Below, piece by piece: positions 10,901-18,826 of a DNA stretch of 64,000 bases. The stretch is from NCBI GenBank assembly GCA_023227985.1, contig JALOCB010000003.1, positions 5,260 through 69,259 of the forward strand, in the 5' to 3' direction. Below the pieces are notes generated by a model. That model ran no database searches. It was not told the origin of the DNA and was given only the letters and a program-made list of their open reading frames with translations. The position numbers were made by a program, and so were the translations under genes. The stretch's first letter is position 1. Each line of letters starts with the position of its first letter. This DNA is from Candidatus Omnitrophota bacterium. GTDB taxonomy: Bacteria > Omnitrophota > Gorgyraeia > Gygaellales > Profunditerraquicolaceae.

Positions 10901-12698
10901 CGATGTGCTTTCCGAGGCCATGCGCACAGGTGCGGTAACGCTGCCGGATAACTGGAACAAGAAGCTTTGGGAGGCCTATCGCAGCGACCTGGAAAGCGAG
11001 ATCAGTAAGATCCTTAACGGAAAGACGGTTGAGCAGTATTTTATCGCGCAGTTCAGCGAACAGATGAAGGAAGTGCTCTCCGCCAACAAAGGGGCATTGG
11101 TTGTCCATCTTTTGGGAAGCCTCAACTGTGTTGATTTCTTTAATATGAAAGGCGGTTTCCTGGTTGAACAGGTCAATCCCAACCCTGATTACGGCATTCT
11201 TGGAGCGGCGCGCGCAATAGGGGATATGTGGGAGATAAACCGCATGGAATTGTCCGCTTTTAAGGCGGTATGGGATAATCTGCCGGTTGACCAGCGCGGT
11301 AATTTTGGCCTGCAGATCACCAATCTCAAAGGCACCCAGTCCGGCGCGGTGGTGATCGGCTGGCGTAATATTCTGAAACAAACCGGTATTATCCCGGGGC
11401 AAGACGGTTTGCAGGTTGGCGTCAATATCGTCACTCCGGCGGATAGCATCGCTGCGGATAAGTATTTTGAGTACTTTAATACGCTCGGAAGCGGGTTAAG
11501 TTTTATCTCATATGATGCGTTGAAGCTTGGCGCTGCCTGGGCCGGCGTGGATATTTTTTGGAAGGAATGGAGGAGGCTGGCTAAGGAAGATGAGTTGTTG
11601 AGGTTCGGCGTCATGACCGGCTGGATGGCGGAAGCCAAGGCTCTGAGGTTCGGCGGCAAAGTCCTTTCCTTTGATATTTCTGACGAAGCCAAACAGACTG
11701 ACGGCGGCGCTGAGGTTGTGCCTTACCGGGTAGTGGTGGAGAATCTCTTCCGGGGGATCATTAAGAAATATGATGCTTTGGATAACGGCCAAGCTCTTTC
11801 TCTCGAAAAAGAAGAGTTGGAGGCAATACTCTGGATCTTGAATTCTTCTCCTTTTGAGAATATGTCAAGCCCGTTTGCCGCGATCAAGAGTATGAAGAAT
11901 ATCAGGAATGTGATCGAAAGGCTCAGCGATGACCAAAAGAAGGCCCTAAGTGTACTTTCACAGGGCTTGGTTTTTGTCAATCACGGGCTGGATAAAAAGG
12001 TGGCGGCATTGCTCGTAGACAAGAAGTTGCTCGACACCGCATATGAATCCGACACGGCGGTATATAAAGGGTTGAACAGCGGTTTTGACAGCTTCGCCAA
12101 TGCCTTGAAAGAGGTTAAGAATGCCGAGGGCGCTTTAGTGGTTAGCGCAAATGCTGTGTTGAATAACGCCGGAACGCTGAGAGTCCTGAGAGAAATAAAA
12201 GAAACCGGGCTGACCTTGGAAATAATCGTCCGGGCTGATACGGAAGATCAGGTGAATAAGCTGATTGCCCTTCGGGCAGACGAAGTCGCGACTATCCAGG
12301 CCAAGCGGCTGTCAGTTGTGCTCAGCGGCTTGAAGAACGCGGGTATAACCGATGGCAAGATAGTGGTGATTAAAGGCAAAGAAGAAGTAAAAGACGCGGT
12401 AGAAGCCGGCGTAAAGGTCGTAGAGATCTCCATGCCTAAAACAGAGGAGTCCAGTATCAACTCCATGGCCTTAGTTGCGGCAAAAGCGGTAATCATAGTG
12501 TTAAATGGTGAAGAAACGGTTGCCGCGCAATACCGGGAAATGGCGGTAAAATACGCCGCAGATAACAGCGTAACCTCTGAAGAATTGGATGATCTGCAGG
12601 ACCTGACCAGCCAGATCTCGGAGATACCCATGGCCAAGGTCAGCGAAGAAGTCGCTAAGGCGCAGGCCACTTATGAGGAGACTATAAGCAAGATATAA
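4926..12698 (+). CDS. Giant 2590-aa fusion protein. Domains in order: N-terminal leader, unknown N-domain, pyruvate phosphate dikinase/PEP synthase-like domain, ~730 aa unassigned region, shared C-terminal module.
   Basis: RBS GGAGGG 7 nt upstream of the ATG. PEP-utilizing enzyme motifs: ALAGGKGLSLSVM, VAVRSSGTKEDIHVKTWLPVSTGSQAGQSDTFLNVKG, GGDTCHAAIFCREQGIPAVTGAG, FSFGTNDYSHLAGMGDRED, SLCGEAITAL. The N-terminal leader RKIVGILILLQFSAGFAVIRGYAAPGNLRPAAVK is shared with ORF3. The C-terminal ~190 aa match ORF1 (GALVVSANAVLNNAGTL ... LTSQISEIPMAKVSEEVAKAQATYEETISKI). Confidence 0.8.
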   Translation: MFVRLSQNNLFRKIVGILILLQFSAGFAVIRGYAAPGNLRPAAVKQDGSRSGTIQNSLDAASLDKVIKTPVIHKDGGITGQDVFKNILGEYRVSSTINNLAFGTFVQGQIDLSSVQNREALVNNFGEIKSKDRFFTLEYAGIPLALVKKAETGEITVKKVVEDIASIPLNILSDNAEKLKTEGVTSSDILVRDFLILEKRSRIDITQCMTVEFGELRDYVYNLAKNVGQEKALEMASAFAGKATVDEAMAEVGEKAKQLGRDQAKDTGLALAGGKGLSLSVMSRVVDVPPGLNVTTTAYFKFVKDNKQVWEKIFNELQTLDTMDDQKRDVVTSEIRDVIKSAPIPEDIKAEVTAMYHQLSVIRFLAGKPSPAPVAVRSSGTKEDIHVKTWLPVSTGSQAGQSDTFLNVKGERDVLDKLRADWASLFTDRAVSYRDDATFLQFSGAIDFNGKTSQDVYWGIVAKLREYSKKLDKPEYNVYADLMSKVTSPNPGSVSLMNAMEEILRQESNPEMSNALAVLKKKAEEVVHPEQIGIDVVIMQMAKSYLAGVLFTVNPATKMAGVAQSLYKSWYMGDDSLVYRDAKTDIIQGTRPIVVSFDVAFGYGENVVGGKVNPDKFIMGTYDGESWFVIEKSKGNKLIQMKDVEEVIDLLKDKISEKGQRQLAMTVKDAIAYDEVGKRINGIMATKLYGIKYLKALEGKEESDKDKKARVQAIANEIADMVKNKVSEDEVVAFIKGNFEVVNRKGYKGIQEMALSGVVREVFEKVQQAQAETDRGMFKLSKQLGDMGKADTLIHMIKEVWENKEFTLSDRQAILDKLNLTNQELRNMSYLIRALVDNSFTSNYETTLTHQDTFTMTDDQAQYVARMGWAITEYYKDARDIEYAIEIDKTASSDKAVRLYVVDDLGNVQGMDNNGNLVTVKSEKDKARIKEAKLRLYNVQARPYTAEYLKVDVMRARTEADEKWLEENSPKAIASGTKGENATQGYVLVFDPNKDVAWHADQIRRLKAGDFTAEEKAQIMAMGFNPEEYGSGKEKQLSVILYLLEADPNHDPIMRLVDSVVTIRGGDTCHAAIFCREQGIPAVTGAGKVILNGQLLKTGDAVTVDANNGNIYEMPADAGARIPINYVKFKIKPYGIPGDDDNMPYPGIGQIIAAASAAQQNSPIMLAVDAVGNSLTRAEFKGEEIGINVYAGYGHYLLQQIKAGKIKEPVRVRVQELIQGKVPGAKRFVDNIENVMAGAFAKDPAARSAYRDIMGKDFNKADSLQLLEFFDLKSDIELYGLDALKLVKQQVDILDLVPRLPENMYQTLEYLYGATQRRLNYDYNIIADLQNHPWILKEVDSKLAEKGYATFKEYITNEFLYFYNLMGFTIAPDQTAKNRAYDFAQDKIRGMPGSEVFSWPGVNPLVGLRGTSLEIEAFDEDFGGNQLVLDFLFDSVIQAHQNTGNQAWFYVFVRSSRELETLDKIIEHKAKQTGKLPKEIGIMIEVPSAALVADELAVKMSEMEKKYKKYGVEHTFFSFGTNDYSHLAGMGDREDPRMKLKIMDPAAIEAIGEMKAAGYYYDDAAKVLPLIDEGADVMQQLMETVVAAANGSSVATSLCGEAITALVNRGDYETAGKIMALLDSFGVSMMKVRLAASMTRVDTMAATKGITIPEAGRSILFDLSAGEVKQKKGVIKGEIIFVDNADDLVPNVLKGLQGPELTKKKEMFKLQSLENARSTMRTFNKIVIITKNLVAQQEPELVAEMGKAAFSKFVNDGLLKDIGNGQYVWTNLGVKTEKFNQELTIQGFSEKERKAIEGLWQKAWDNSIEGLERRGIDWDDLQYAKAIIVDADVNLDGWDVFRKDKSIIPTRIKATVKGISSRRAELEGQLATIDYAAKKVYKDFLSVEKIAAVLRSLPIPAEKPMITTQSAVAENANSVYQKIGYHPKLLLAYERNAVNELGKIFEEYVGKLVEEVEKVTQETDVQKRVWLLQKLQNKVGGLAEPMIKSFMSDVLSEAMRTGAVTLPDNWNKKLWEAYRSDLESEISKILNGKTVEQYFIAQFSEQMKEVLSANKGALVVHLLGSLNCVDFFNMKGGFLVEQVNPNPDYGILGAARAIGDMWEINRMELSAFKAVWDNLPVDQRGNFGLQITNLKGTQSGAVVIGWRNILKQTGIIPGQDGLQVGVNIVTPADSIAADKYFEYFNTLGSGLSFISYDALKLGAAWAGVDIFWKEWRRLAKEDELLRFGVMTGWMAEAKALRFGGKVLSFDISDEAKQTDGGAEVVPYRVVVENLFRGIIKKYDALDNGQALSLEKEELEAILWILNSSPFENMSSPFAAIKSMKNIRNVIERLSDDQKKALSVLSQGLVFVNHGLDKKVAALLVDKKLLDTAYESDTAVYKGLNSGFDSFANALKEVKNAEGALVVSANAVLNNAGTLRVLREIKETGLTLEIIVRADTEDQVNKLIALRADEVATIQAKRLSVVLSGLKNAGITDGKIVVIKGKEEVKDAVEAGVKVVEISMPKTEESSINSMALVAAKAVIIVLNGEETVAAQYREMAVKYAADNSVTSEELDDLQDLTSQISEIPMAKVSEEVAKAQATYEETISKI

Positions 12699-12706
12699 TA
12701 TATTGA

Positions 12707-12758
12707 GGCCGGGTCTTGTAACCGATTCAAACGCAAGGGAATACAAGACCGGGTCTTG
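12707..12758. repeat. Second intergenic palindrome pair, between megagene 2 and megagene 3. A degenerate half-site GGCCGGGTCTTG sits at 12707-12718 and a perfect CAAGACCGGGTCTTG at 12744-12758.
   Basis: Read directly. The 15-mer is identical to the one at 4814-4828. Confidence 0.55.
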
Positions 12759-12778
12759 ATAATTAGAGGAGGGAAAAG

Positions 12779-15700
12779 ATGTCCAGGCCGTCTAAAAACA
12801 ATAGTATCTCTAAAATAATTTCCGGCGTTGTGATCGCGCAATTTATCATGAGCAGTATAGCCCTGCGCGGTTATGCCGGCACAGACAATTTAAGGCCGGC
12901 TCCGGTCAAAGATTCCGACCGGATAAGCGTTCTGGCCGATGAATTGCAGAAAGACGGCGGCAAACTGGCTGAATGGATCCATATCTTAGCGGAAAATACA
13001 ATTGTGGGCGATGCCGCTAAAGGTTCGAACGTCGGCATGGTCATACGGCTGGGAAAGCTTGTTGAAGAGAATATATCCGGGTCCATATTAGGGCATTCGG
13101 CAAACCGGAAGGCGTATATAAAGGAAGTGGGCGCTCAAATCGCTGAAGGGCTGCGTTTGACCGGAATGGAAGAAAAGGCGATCGCGGCTGCCAGCCGCAA
13201 GATAGCTTTTTCCAGATACGATAACATCATGAATCACCGGATCCAGGCGATGTTTCAAGCAGGGATCAGGGAGATCTGCCTTTGCGTAGGCAGTGATAAG
13301 GATAAGCTCACCGTTGAGGAAGAGATATCGGATGTGCTTGCGCAGTTGCAGGTGTCTTTTGCCGATGTCTCTTTGGAACAAATAAAAAAGATAATTTTCC
13401 ACGTGGCTTGGGAGCCTGCGGCGAATATCGGCACCGGTACTGCTGTCGGTCCGGAAAAGATCAAGCTGGTCCATCAGGCTATCTATGAATTCTTTGCCGA
13501 GAAGTATAATACACCCTCCGGGTATATCGGCGATGTTTGGGGGAAGTCATTGAAAATACTTTACGGCGCAAGCGTTGACGGAAAGAACGTCGACGGCATA
13601 ATGGCGGTGAAAGAGGATAAAGGCATGGCTTTGGTGCACGGCGTGTTATTCGCTTCTTCGGGTAAAAAGGCCGATGGCTTCCTGGCTGTGGCCGAGGGGG
13701 TTAGCCGCGCCGCGGAAAGGGATAACGCCCAGTATGTCTGTTTTGTCAACCTTAAGGAATTCGCCAGGGCTGAGAAAGATGAGGCTTTGACTTTTGTCGT
13801 CGAGATCGTCCGGGCCATTGCTTTAGGACGGATCGATCCCCGGCATACCATTCTGGCGATCGCTGACCAGGATGTACATCTAAAGGAGTGGCAGGACGCG
13901 ATCGTCGGCAGAAGCGTTTCGATGTCGGACGGCGGATACGCGTATGTTGAAGGAACGAACTTTAAGGACAAGAATGTGCTTTTTCGCCCGGATTATAACA
14001 CTCCGGCTTCGGTAAAGACCGATGATCAGGGTAATGTTTTGTCGATCAAAATATCCGACGCAAGCAGGATCGTTGATTCCTTCCCGGCTTTGACCAAGAT
14101 CCTGAAAGATAAGCCAAAACATGTGGTTGTCGTTGTCCATTTCGAACCTAAGGTGTTGAATCCCGCGACCGGTAAGAAAGACAAGAAAAATCTGTCTACT
14201 AAAGTCACAGCGGACAAACTTAAAGAATTGCTGCCGGCGGAATATAAAGATAAGGTAATATTCCTGGCTGATTCAGTCAATGACAATGGGATTGCCGCCG
14301 AAGCAATGCGGGCTATAGAAAGTTATACTGATTCCGAGATCATCGTATTGGAAAATATCCGTTTTGCCAAAGGCGAAAAGAAAGGTGCCCCCGAGCTTAA
14401 TGATCCTAAAGGTGTAGCTTTACGCAAACAGCTTTCAGGATTAGCGGACGAATATGTGGTGGATGCCTTGGGTAATATTCATCGCGCCCACGCATCAATG
14501 CTGCCTTTGCCCGGGGTGCATAAAGTCATGGGCAGTCTTGTGGAAAAAGAGATTAAAGTGTTCAACCGGATACTTAACCCGGCGCATCCTTATGCCGGGG
14601 TTAACGGCGGTAATAAGGTTGAAGATAAAGTGGATACCATGGATGTGTCTTTGTCGACGATGCAGGAAGGCGACGCGATCATCATCGGCGGGGCTATGGC
14701 CTACACTTTTTTAAAGGCGCAGGATCCAACATTGAAATTGGGCAAATCACTTGTTCAGGCGGATAAAGTTGATCTGGCTAAGACTATACTTGAGAAGGCC
14801 GCCCGGAAGAAGGTGCGGATAATCCTTCCAGTGGACCATCGCATCTCGGATAAACTCGCTCCCGGAGCAGCAGAATTGGTTACTGAGGGGCTGGAAGTGC
14901 CGGATGGGTACATGGCGGTAGATATCGGACCCAAGACTGAAAAAATAGTCGCCGAGGTCTTAAGTAATGCCCAGACCGCTTTTTGGAACGGCCCAATGGG
15001 CGCGTTCGAGGATGAGGCTGGTGGTTTTAATAAGGGGACTTATACGGTTGCCAGGGAACTGCAGAAAATGGGCAGGTCCGGACGCCTGGCCGGTATCGGC
15101 GGCGGGGAGACACGTATGGCAGCAATTAAGGCCGGGGTTACCGATGCTGACGGCGTGTTCATGTCCAGCGGCGGCGGTTCCACGCAGGAATATTTCGCCA
15201 AGAAAGGCAATCTCCCGGTGATCAAGAATCTGGAGAATGACGAAACCGCCCAGAAAAATCTCGTCCTCGCGGGGAAATTGGGGGTAGAACCCGCGGATCT
15301 GGCGCGTTTTGAAGCGGCAGACAGCAGTATTTATAATGCCTTGGGAGATAAACTTTTCAACGGCTATATATCTCAGGTCAGAAGGTTGCTTCCCAGGTTT
15401 TCGACAGGCCAGAAATTAAACGGCGCTCTGTCCAAAGCAGAGGTCTCTGCGGAGGTGATTAAAGATTCGCGCGGAAACAATACTGTCCGGGCAACTTTAA
15501 AGATCGGGGATATTGTTACTGTCGGCGAAGTCCCTGCAGGCGCTTCCAAAGGGGCAGCTGAGGCTTTTGCTTTTCCGCCGAAGGAAATAGATAGGGCGAT
15601 CGCCAACGTGGCGAAGATCCAGGAGATACTTAAGAACAGCGGCCTGGATATAAGCAAACACAGCGATCTGCGCAAGACGGAACAATTGATCATTGCCGCG

Positions 15701-17302
15701 GCCGGTGAAAACTTCGCGACACTGGGCGCGAACGCCACAGTCCCTATTTCCTGGGCCTTGTGGAGGATGGCGGCAGCGTTGAATAATATGGAACTCTGGG
15801 AATACATCCGGATCAATGAGCCGGGAGTTGTCGGTAATGATCCGGTTTATTTCTATATGAACATATATAACGGCGGGCTGCACGCTTCCGGAGGCGACGC
15901 TTCGGTATTGGGTACAGTTTGGACCGAATTCCAGGAGATGCTGATCGTGCCCGTGGGCGCTAAAACTCACGCCGAAGGCGTGGCTATGGGAGATAAGATC
16001 GACCAGGAATTGAAGAAAATACTGAAAGGTAAATTCGCGGAAGCGGATATAATGCGTAAAGATGAAGCTGGTTTCGCGGTCAAAGGCCTGGGAAAAAGCG
16101 AAGACGCGATCGCTTATGTGGTACAGGCGATCAGGAACGCCGGCTATGAGCCCGGTAAAGACGTAAAGCTGGCTTTGGATGTCGCCGCGACCTCTTTCTA
16201 CGACGAGAAAGAGAATATATACAAGTTCCAGGGCCAGAAATTGACCTCAGCCGAGATGGTCGATTTTTACGTCAAACTGGTAAAGCAATATGACGGCCTG
16301 TTCCTTTCTATAGAAGACGGCCTGGCTGAAGAAGATTGGCAGGGATGGGTAGAGCTAACCGCGGCTATGAAAGAAAAAGGCGTCCTGACTATAGGCGATG
16401 ATCTGTACGTTACCCAGCACGGCCGGTTGAACAAAGGGCTGGCGATGAACGCGGCTACAGCGATCCTGATCAAGGTTAATCAAAATGGGACCCTGGGCGG
16501 AACTATCGATGTTATGAAGACCGCCAAGGCCAATGGCATTAAAGCTGTGGTATCGCACCGTTCCGGAGAAACTCTGGATGCCGGGATCGCGGATCTGGCT
16601 TACGCAACCCGGGCGTTCGGGCTTAAAACCGGGGATCCTCAACCTTTGGTTGATTTCCAGAATCCGAACGAACTGGTGCGCCGGGCTAAGTATGACAGGA
16701 TGATCGAGATCCAGAAACAAGAAAACATCCAAAATGACCCGGCATTATCCAGGCCTAAAGCGCTGTTGATCAATGCGGATTTTTTCAAATCCGGCGCGGT
16801 TAAGAACGCTGTGGCGGAAATAGCGAGATTAAACGGGAATATCAATGTGGTGATCTACGGAGATAATGCCGAAAAGCTAAAGACGCTGGTAGGAAATCCC
16901 GATATTATCGCGGTGCGGAGTTTGACTGCAGCTGTCTCTGAAATAGCTAACCGCGGGGTAAAATCTTCTCAGGATGCCGTTATTTTGACGCCTATGCCGT
17001 ATAGCTCGGAAACGTTTATTGTTCAAATCCGCAGCGGAGAAATAAGCACGCTGGCTTTGGCCAAGGCGGTAAAGCAGTTATTCAAGAACGACCGGATCAC
17101 CGCGGCTATGGATGAATTCTATAAATCGCTGGTTGATAACAAAGTGGTTTCCGAGCAGGACTACATAAATACAAGGGAAAAAATCCTAACGGATCTGATC
17201 GACGGTGTTTACAACCTGGGTGAGATTAAGTTGACAAAACAGGTATCTGATGTTATAGAAAAGGAGCGGCTGGTAACCGAAGAGTTCGTGGGTAAAGTGT
17301 AA
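12779..17302 (+). CDS. Giant 1507-aa fusion protein. Domains in order: N-terminal leader, triosephosphate isomerase, phosphoglycerate kinase, enolase, divergent shared C-terminal module.
   Basis: RBS AGGAGGG. TPI motifs: ILGHSANRKAY, HVAWEPAANIGTGTAVGPEKIKLVHQAI, ILYGASVDGKNVDGIMAV. PGK motifs: ILENIRFAKGEKKGAPE, YVVDALGNIHRAHASM, FWNGPMGAFE, GGGETRMAAIKAG. Enolase motifs: SRGNNTVRATLKIGD, VPAGASKGAAEAF, ILIKVNQNGTLGGT, VSHRSGETLDAGIADLAYA. The C-terminus ends LTKQVSDVIEKERLVTEEFVGKV, which resembles the LTSQISD...VTYEE endings of ORF1 and ORF2. Confidence 0.85.
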   Translation: MSRPSKNNSISKIISGVVIAQFIMSSIALRGYAGTDNLRPAPVKDSDRISVLADELQKDGGKLAEWIHILAENTIVGDAAKGSNVGMVIRLGKLVEENISGSILGHSANRKAYIKEVGAQIAEGLRLTGMEEKAIAAASRKIAFSRYDNIMNHRIQAMFQAGIREICLCVGSDKDKLTVEEEISDVLAQLQVSFADVSLEQIKKIIFHVAWEPAANIGTGTAVGPEKIKLVHQAIYEFFAEKYNTPSGYIGDVWGKSLKILYGASVDGKNVDGIMAVKEDKGMALVHGVLFASSGKKADGFLAVAEGVSRAAERDNAQYVCFVNLKEFARAEKDEALTFVVEIVRAIALGRIDPRHTILAIADQDVHLKEWQDAIVGRSVSMSDGGYAYVEGTNFKDKNVLFRPDYNTPASVKTDDQGNVLSIKISDASRIVDSFPALTKILKDKPKHVVVVVHFEPKVLNPATGKKDKKNLSTKVTADKLKELLPAEYKDKVIFLADSVNDNGIAAEAMRAIESYTDSEIIVLENIRFAKGEKKGAPELNDPKGVALRKQLSGLADEYVVDALGNIHRAHASMLPLPGVHKVMGSLVEKEIKVFNRILNPAHPYAGVNGGNKVEDKVDTMDVSLSTMQEGDAIIIGGAMAYTFLKAQDPTLKLGKSLVQADKVDLAKTILEKAARKKVRIILPVDHRISDKLAPGAAELVTEGLEVPDGYMAVDIGPKTEKIVAEVLSNAQTAFWNGPMGAFEDEAGGFNKGTYTVARELQKMGRSGRLAGIGGGETRMAAIKAGVTDADGVFMSSGGGSTQEYFAKKGNLPVIKNLENDETAQKNLVLAGKLGVEPADLARFEAADSSIYNALGDKLFNGYISQVRRLLPRFSTGQKLNGALSKAEVSAEVIKDSRGNNTVRATLKIGDIVTVGEVPAGASKGAAEAFAFPPKEIDRAIANVAKIQEILKNSGLDISKHSDLRKTEQLIIAAAGENFATLGANATVPISWALWRMAAALNNMELWEYIRINEPGVVGNDPVYFYMNIYNGGLHASGGDASVLGTVWTEFQEMLIVPVGAKTHAEGVAMGDKIDQELKKILKGKFAEADIMRKDEAGFAVKGLGKSEDAIAYVVQAIRNAGYEPGKDVKLALDVAATSFYDEKENIYKFQGQKLTSAEMVDFYVKLVKQYDGLFLSIEDGLAEEDWQGWVELTAAMKEKGVLTIGDDLYVTQHGRLNKGLAMNAATAILIKVNQNGTLGGTIDVMKTAKANGIKAVVSHRSGETLDAGIADLAYATRAFGLKTGDPQPLVDFQNPNELVRRAKYDRMIEIQKQENIQNDPALSRPKALLINADFFKSGAVKNAVAEIARLNGNINVVIYGDNAEKLKTLVGNPDIIAVRSLTAAVSEIANRGVKSSQDAVILTPMPYSSETFIVQIRSGEISTLALAKAVKQLFKNDRITAAMDEFYKSLVDNKVVSEQDYINTREKILTDLIDGVYNLGEIKLTKQVSDVIEKERLVTEEFVGKV

Positions 17303-17331
17303 TTACCGCAGCTGATATAAAATGTTCTTTT

Positions 17332-17386
17332 AGAGGCCTCTGGAGAATTCCTATAAAGGATTATATCAGAGGCCTCTGATCTTTTG
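17332..17386 (+). terminator. Intrinsic terminator after megagene 3. Duplicated 12-bp palindrome (AGAGGCCTCTGG at 17332-17343, CAGAGGCCTCTG at 17367-17378) followed by ATCTTTT.
   Basis: Read directly. GC-rich inverted repeats followed by a T-tract immediately after the stop codon. Confidence 0.6.
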
Positions 17387-17399
17387 GGGCCCGAATGAA

Positions 17400-18701
17400 A
17401 TGTTAAGGCGCATCAGGACAATTAAAAAAAAGGTTAAAATCATATTCTGCGCGGCAGCCGCGGTTTGTGCGGTTGTGTGTTTTTTACCGGTAACCTGCCA
17501 GGCGGGTATGGCGGGTAGTGAACAGATAAGCGCGCTAAGCTTAAAAGGCATCCAATGGGAGAGCCTGCCGGGCGGGGGGACGCGCTTAAAGATCTTTGCT
17601 GACGGCTTAAAGGCCGGAAGGTTTGAGCCATTGATCGATCCGGAAGAGTCCGGGCGCAGGTTAATGGATTTTTTTATCCTGGGTTTGAATGTCCGGGAAG
17701 ACAAATTCTGGGCCAATCTTACTCCCGGCGATCCGGATAATATCATTGACCCGGATTTGGCCGGGACGCCCTTAGGCGAGGTTATGCTCAGGGCGGACCT
17801 GAGATTGAAAAAAGATTTCTGTGAATTGACCAACCCGCAGTTTTCCCAGCCCGGCAAAAAATACTGGGCAGCCTTATCGGAAAAAGCGGCGGAACTGGGC
17901 ATTAAGAAAATACCCGCGATGAACCGCGTGTGGATAGTCCCGGAAGAGGCTGCGGTTTATGAGGCCGGAAACGGGGCTTATATAACCGAAAGCCGGCTTA
18001 AGGTCTGCCTGAAAATAAATTATTCAGCCGGTCTTCTTAAGGACGGCGGCGGTAAGGCGTACGGCGAACTTTCGGAGTATGCCGGAGAATTGGTAAGGGA
18101 TATTATTTTGCCTGAATTGGATAAAAGGGTTAATGAGGATTTCCTCTATGCTGACCTGAGGCAGGTAAATAGGGCATTGATACTGGCCAGATGGTATAAT
18201 AACAAATTCGGCGATGGCGGGGGATTTAATTTAAAAAATACCCTGACAGCATCGAGCCGGCCTGAGATAAACGCGGGCTTGCTAAAGAAACAGATATATG
18301 ATGATTACATGGATTCTTTGAGCAATGGCGAATATGTGGTCGTCGGGCCGTCAGGCTGGTCCAGCGCATTGGATTATTTAAGGCCTAAGAAACGTTATAT
18401 CAGCGGAGGTGTTGATTTGCGCAAAAGTCCGGCAAGGCGCAGCCCGGCGCCTGCGGCAGCCTGGCAAGGCCGGGATCCGCAGTTTACATTTTTAGTGGAA
18501 ATATCCGCGCAGGCAGTTATGTCCGCGGGAGATAAAAATAATGCGATAAATGATTTTTCCGTCATAGGAAATATCGGGGATAATAATGTAGAAGGGCTAA
18601 TCCGGGATTTGCCGGGAATATCGCCTTCGCGTAATAACCGGGATGCGGAAACCGATATAAATAAAGGCGTTATAAGCGATATGGTATTATATAGTTTATA
18701 A
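17400..18701 (+). CDS. Hypothetical secreted protein with N-terminal signal peptide.
   Basis: Long ORF with an N-terminal basic region followed by hydrophobic FCAAAAVCAVVCFLPVTCQA. No recognisable catalytic motifs. Confidence 0.5.
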   Translation: MLRRIRTIKKKVKIIFCAAAAVCAVVCFLPVTCQAGMAGSEQISALSLKGIQWESLPGGGTRLKIFADGLKAGRFEPLIDPEESGRRLMDFFILGLNVREDKFWANLTPGDPDNIIDPDLAGTPLGEVMLRADLRLKKDFCELTNPQFSQPGKKYWAALSEKAAELGIKKIPAMNRVWIVPEEAAVYEAGNGAYITESRLKVCLKINYSAGLLKDGGGKAYGELSEYAGELVRDIILPELDKRVNEDFLYADLRQVNRALILARWYNNKFGDGGGFNLKNTLTASSRPEINAGLLKKQIYDDYMDSLSNGEYVVVGPSGWSSALDYLRPKKRYISGGVDLRKSPARRSPAPAAAWQGRDPQFTFLVEISAQAVMSAGDKNNAINDFSVIGNIGDNNVEGLIRDLPGISPSRNNRDAETDINKGVISDMVLYSL

Positions 18702-18826
18702 AATATCTTTACAGCAGCGCGGTTTTTGTTATAATAAAAGCGAACGATAATAAGCCACGGCTATATCTTTTTATCTTTAAAAAAGGTTTTAAAAGTGAGA
18801 AGATATGGCCTTGTTTTTTACTATAA

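Noticed and set aside
5579-11402. Numerous 100-250-aa minus-strand ORFs inside megagene 2 (e.g. 5579-6070, 6630-7226, 8016-8510, 8517-9263, 10839-11402).
   Set aside because: They lie antisense to a continuous 7.8-kb ORF with strong protein-family signatures. Their composition is low-complexity and they have no RBS. They are typical shadow ORFs.
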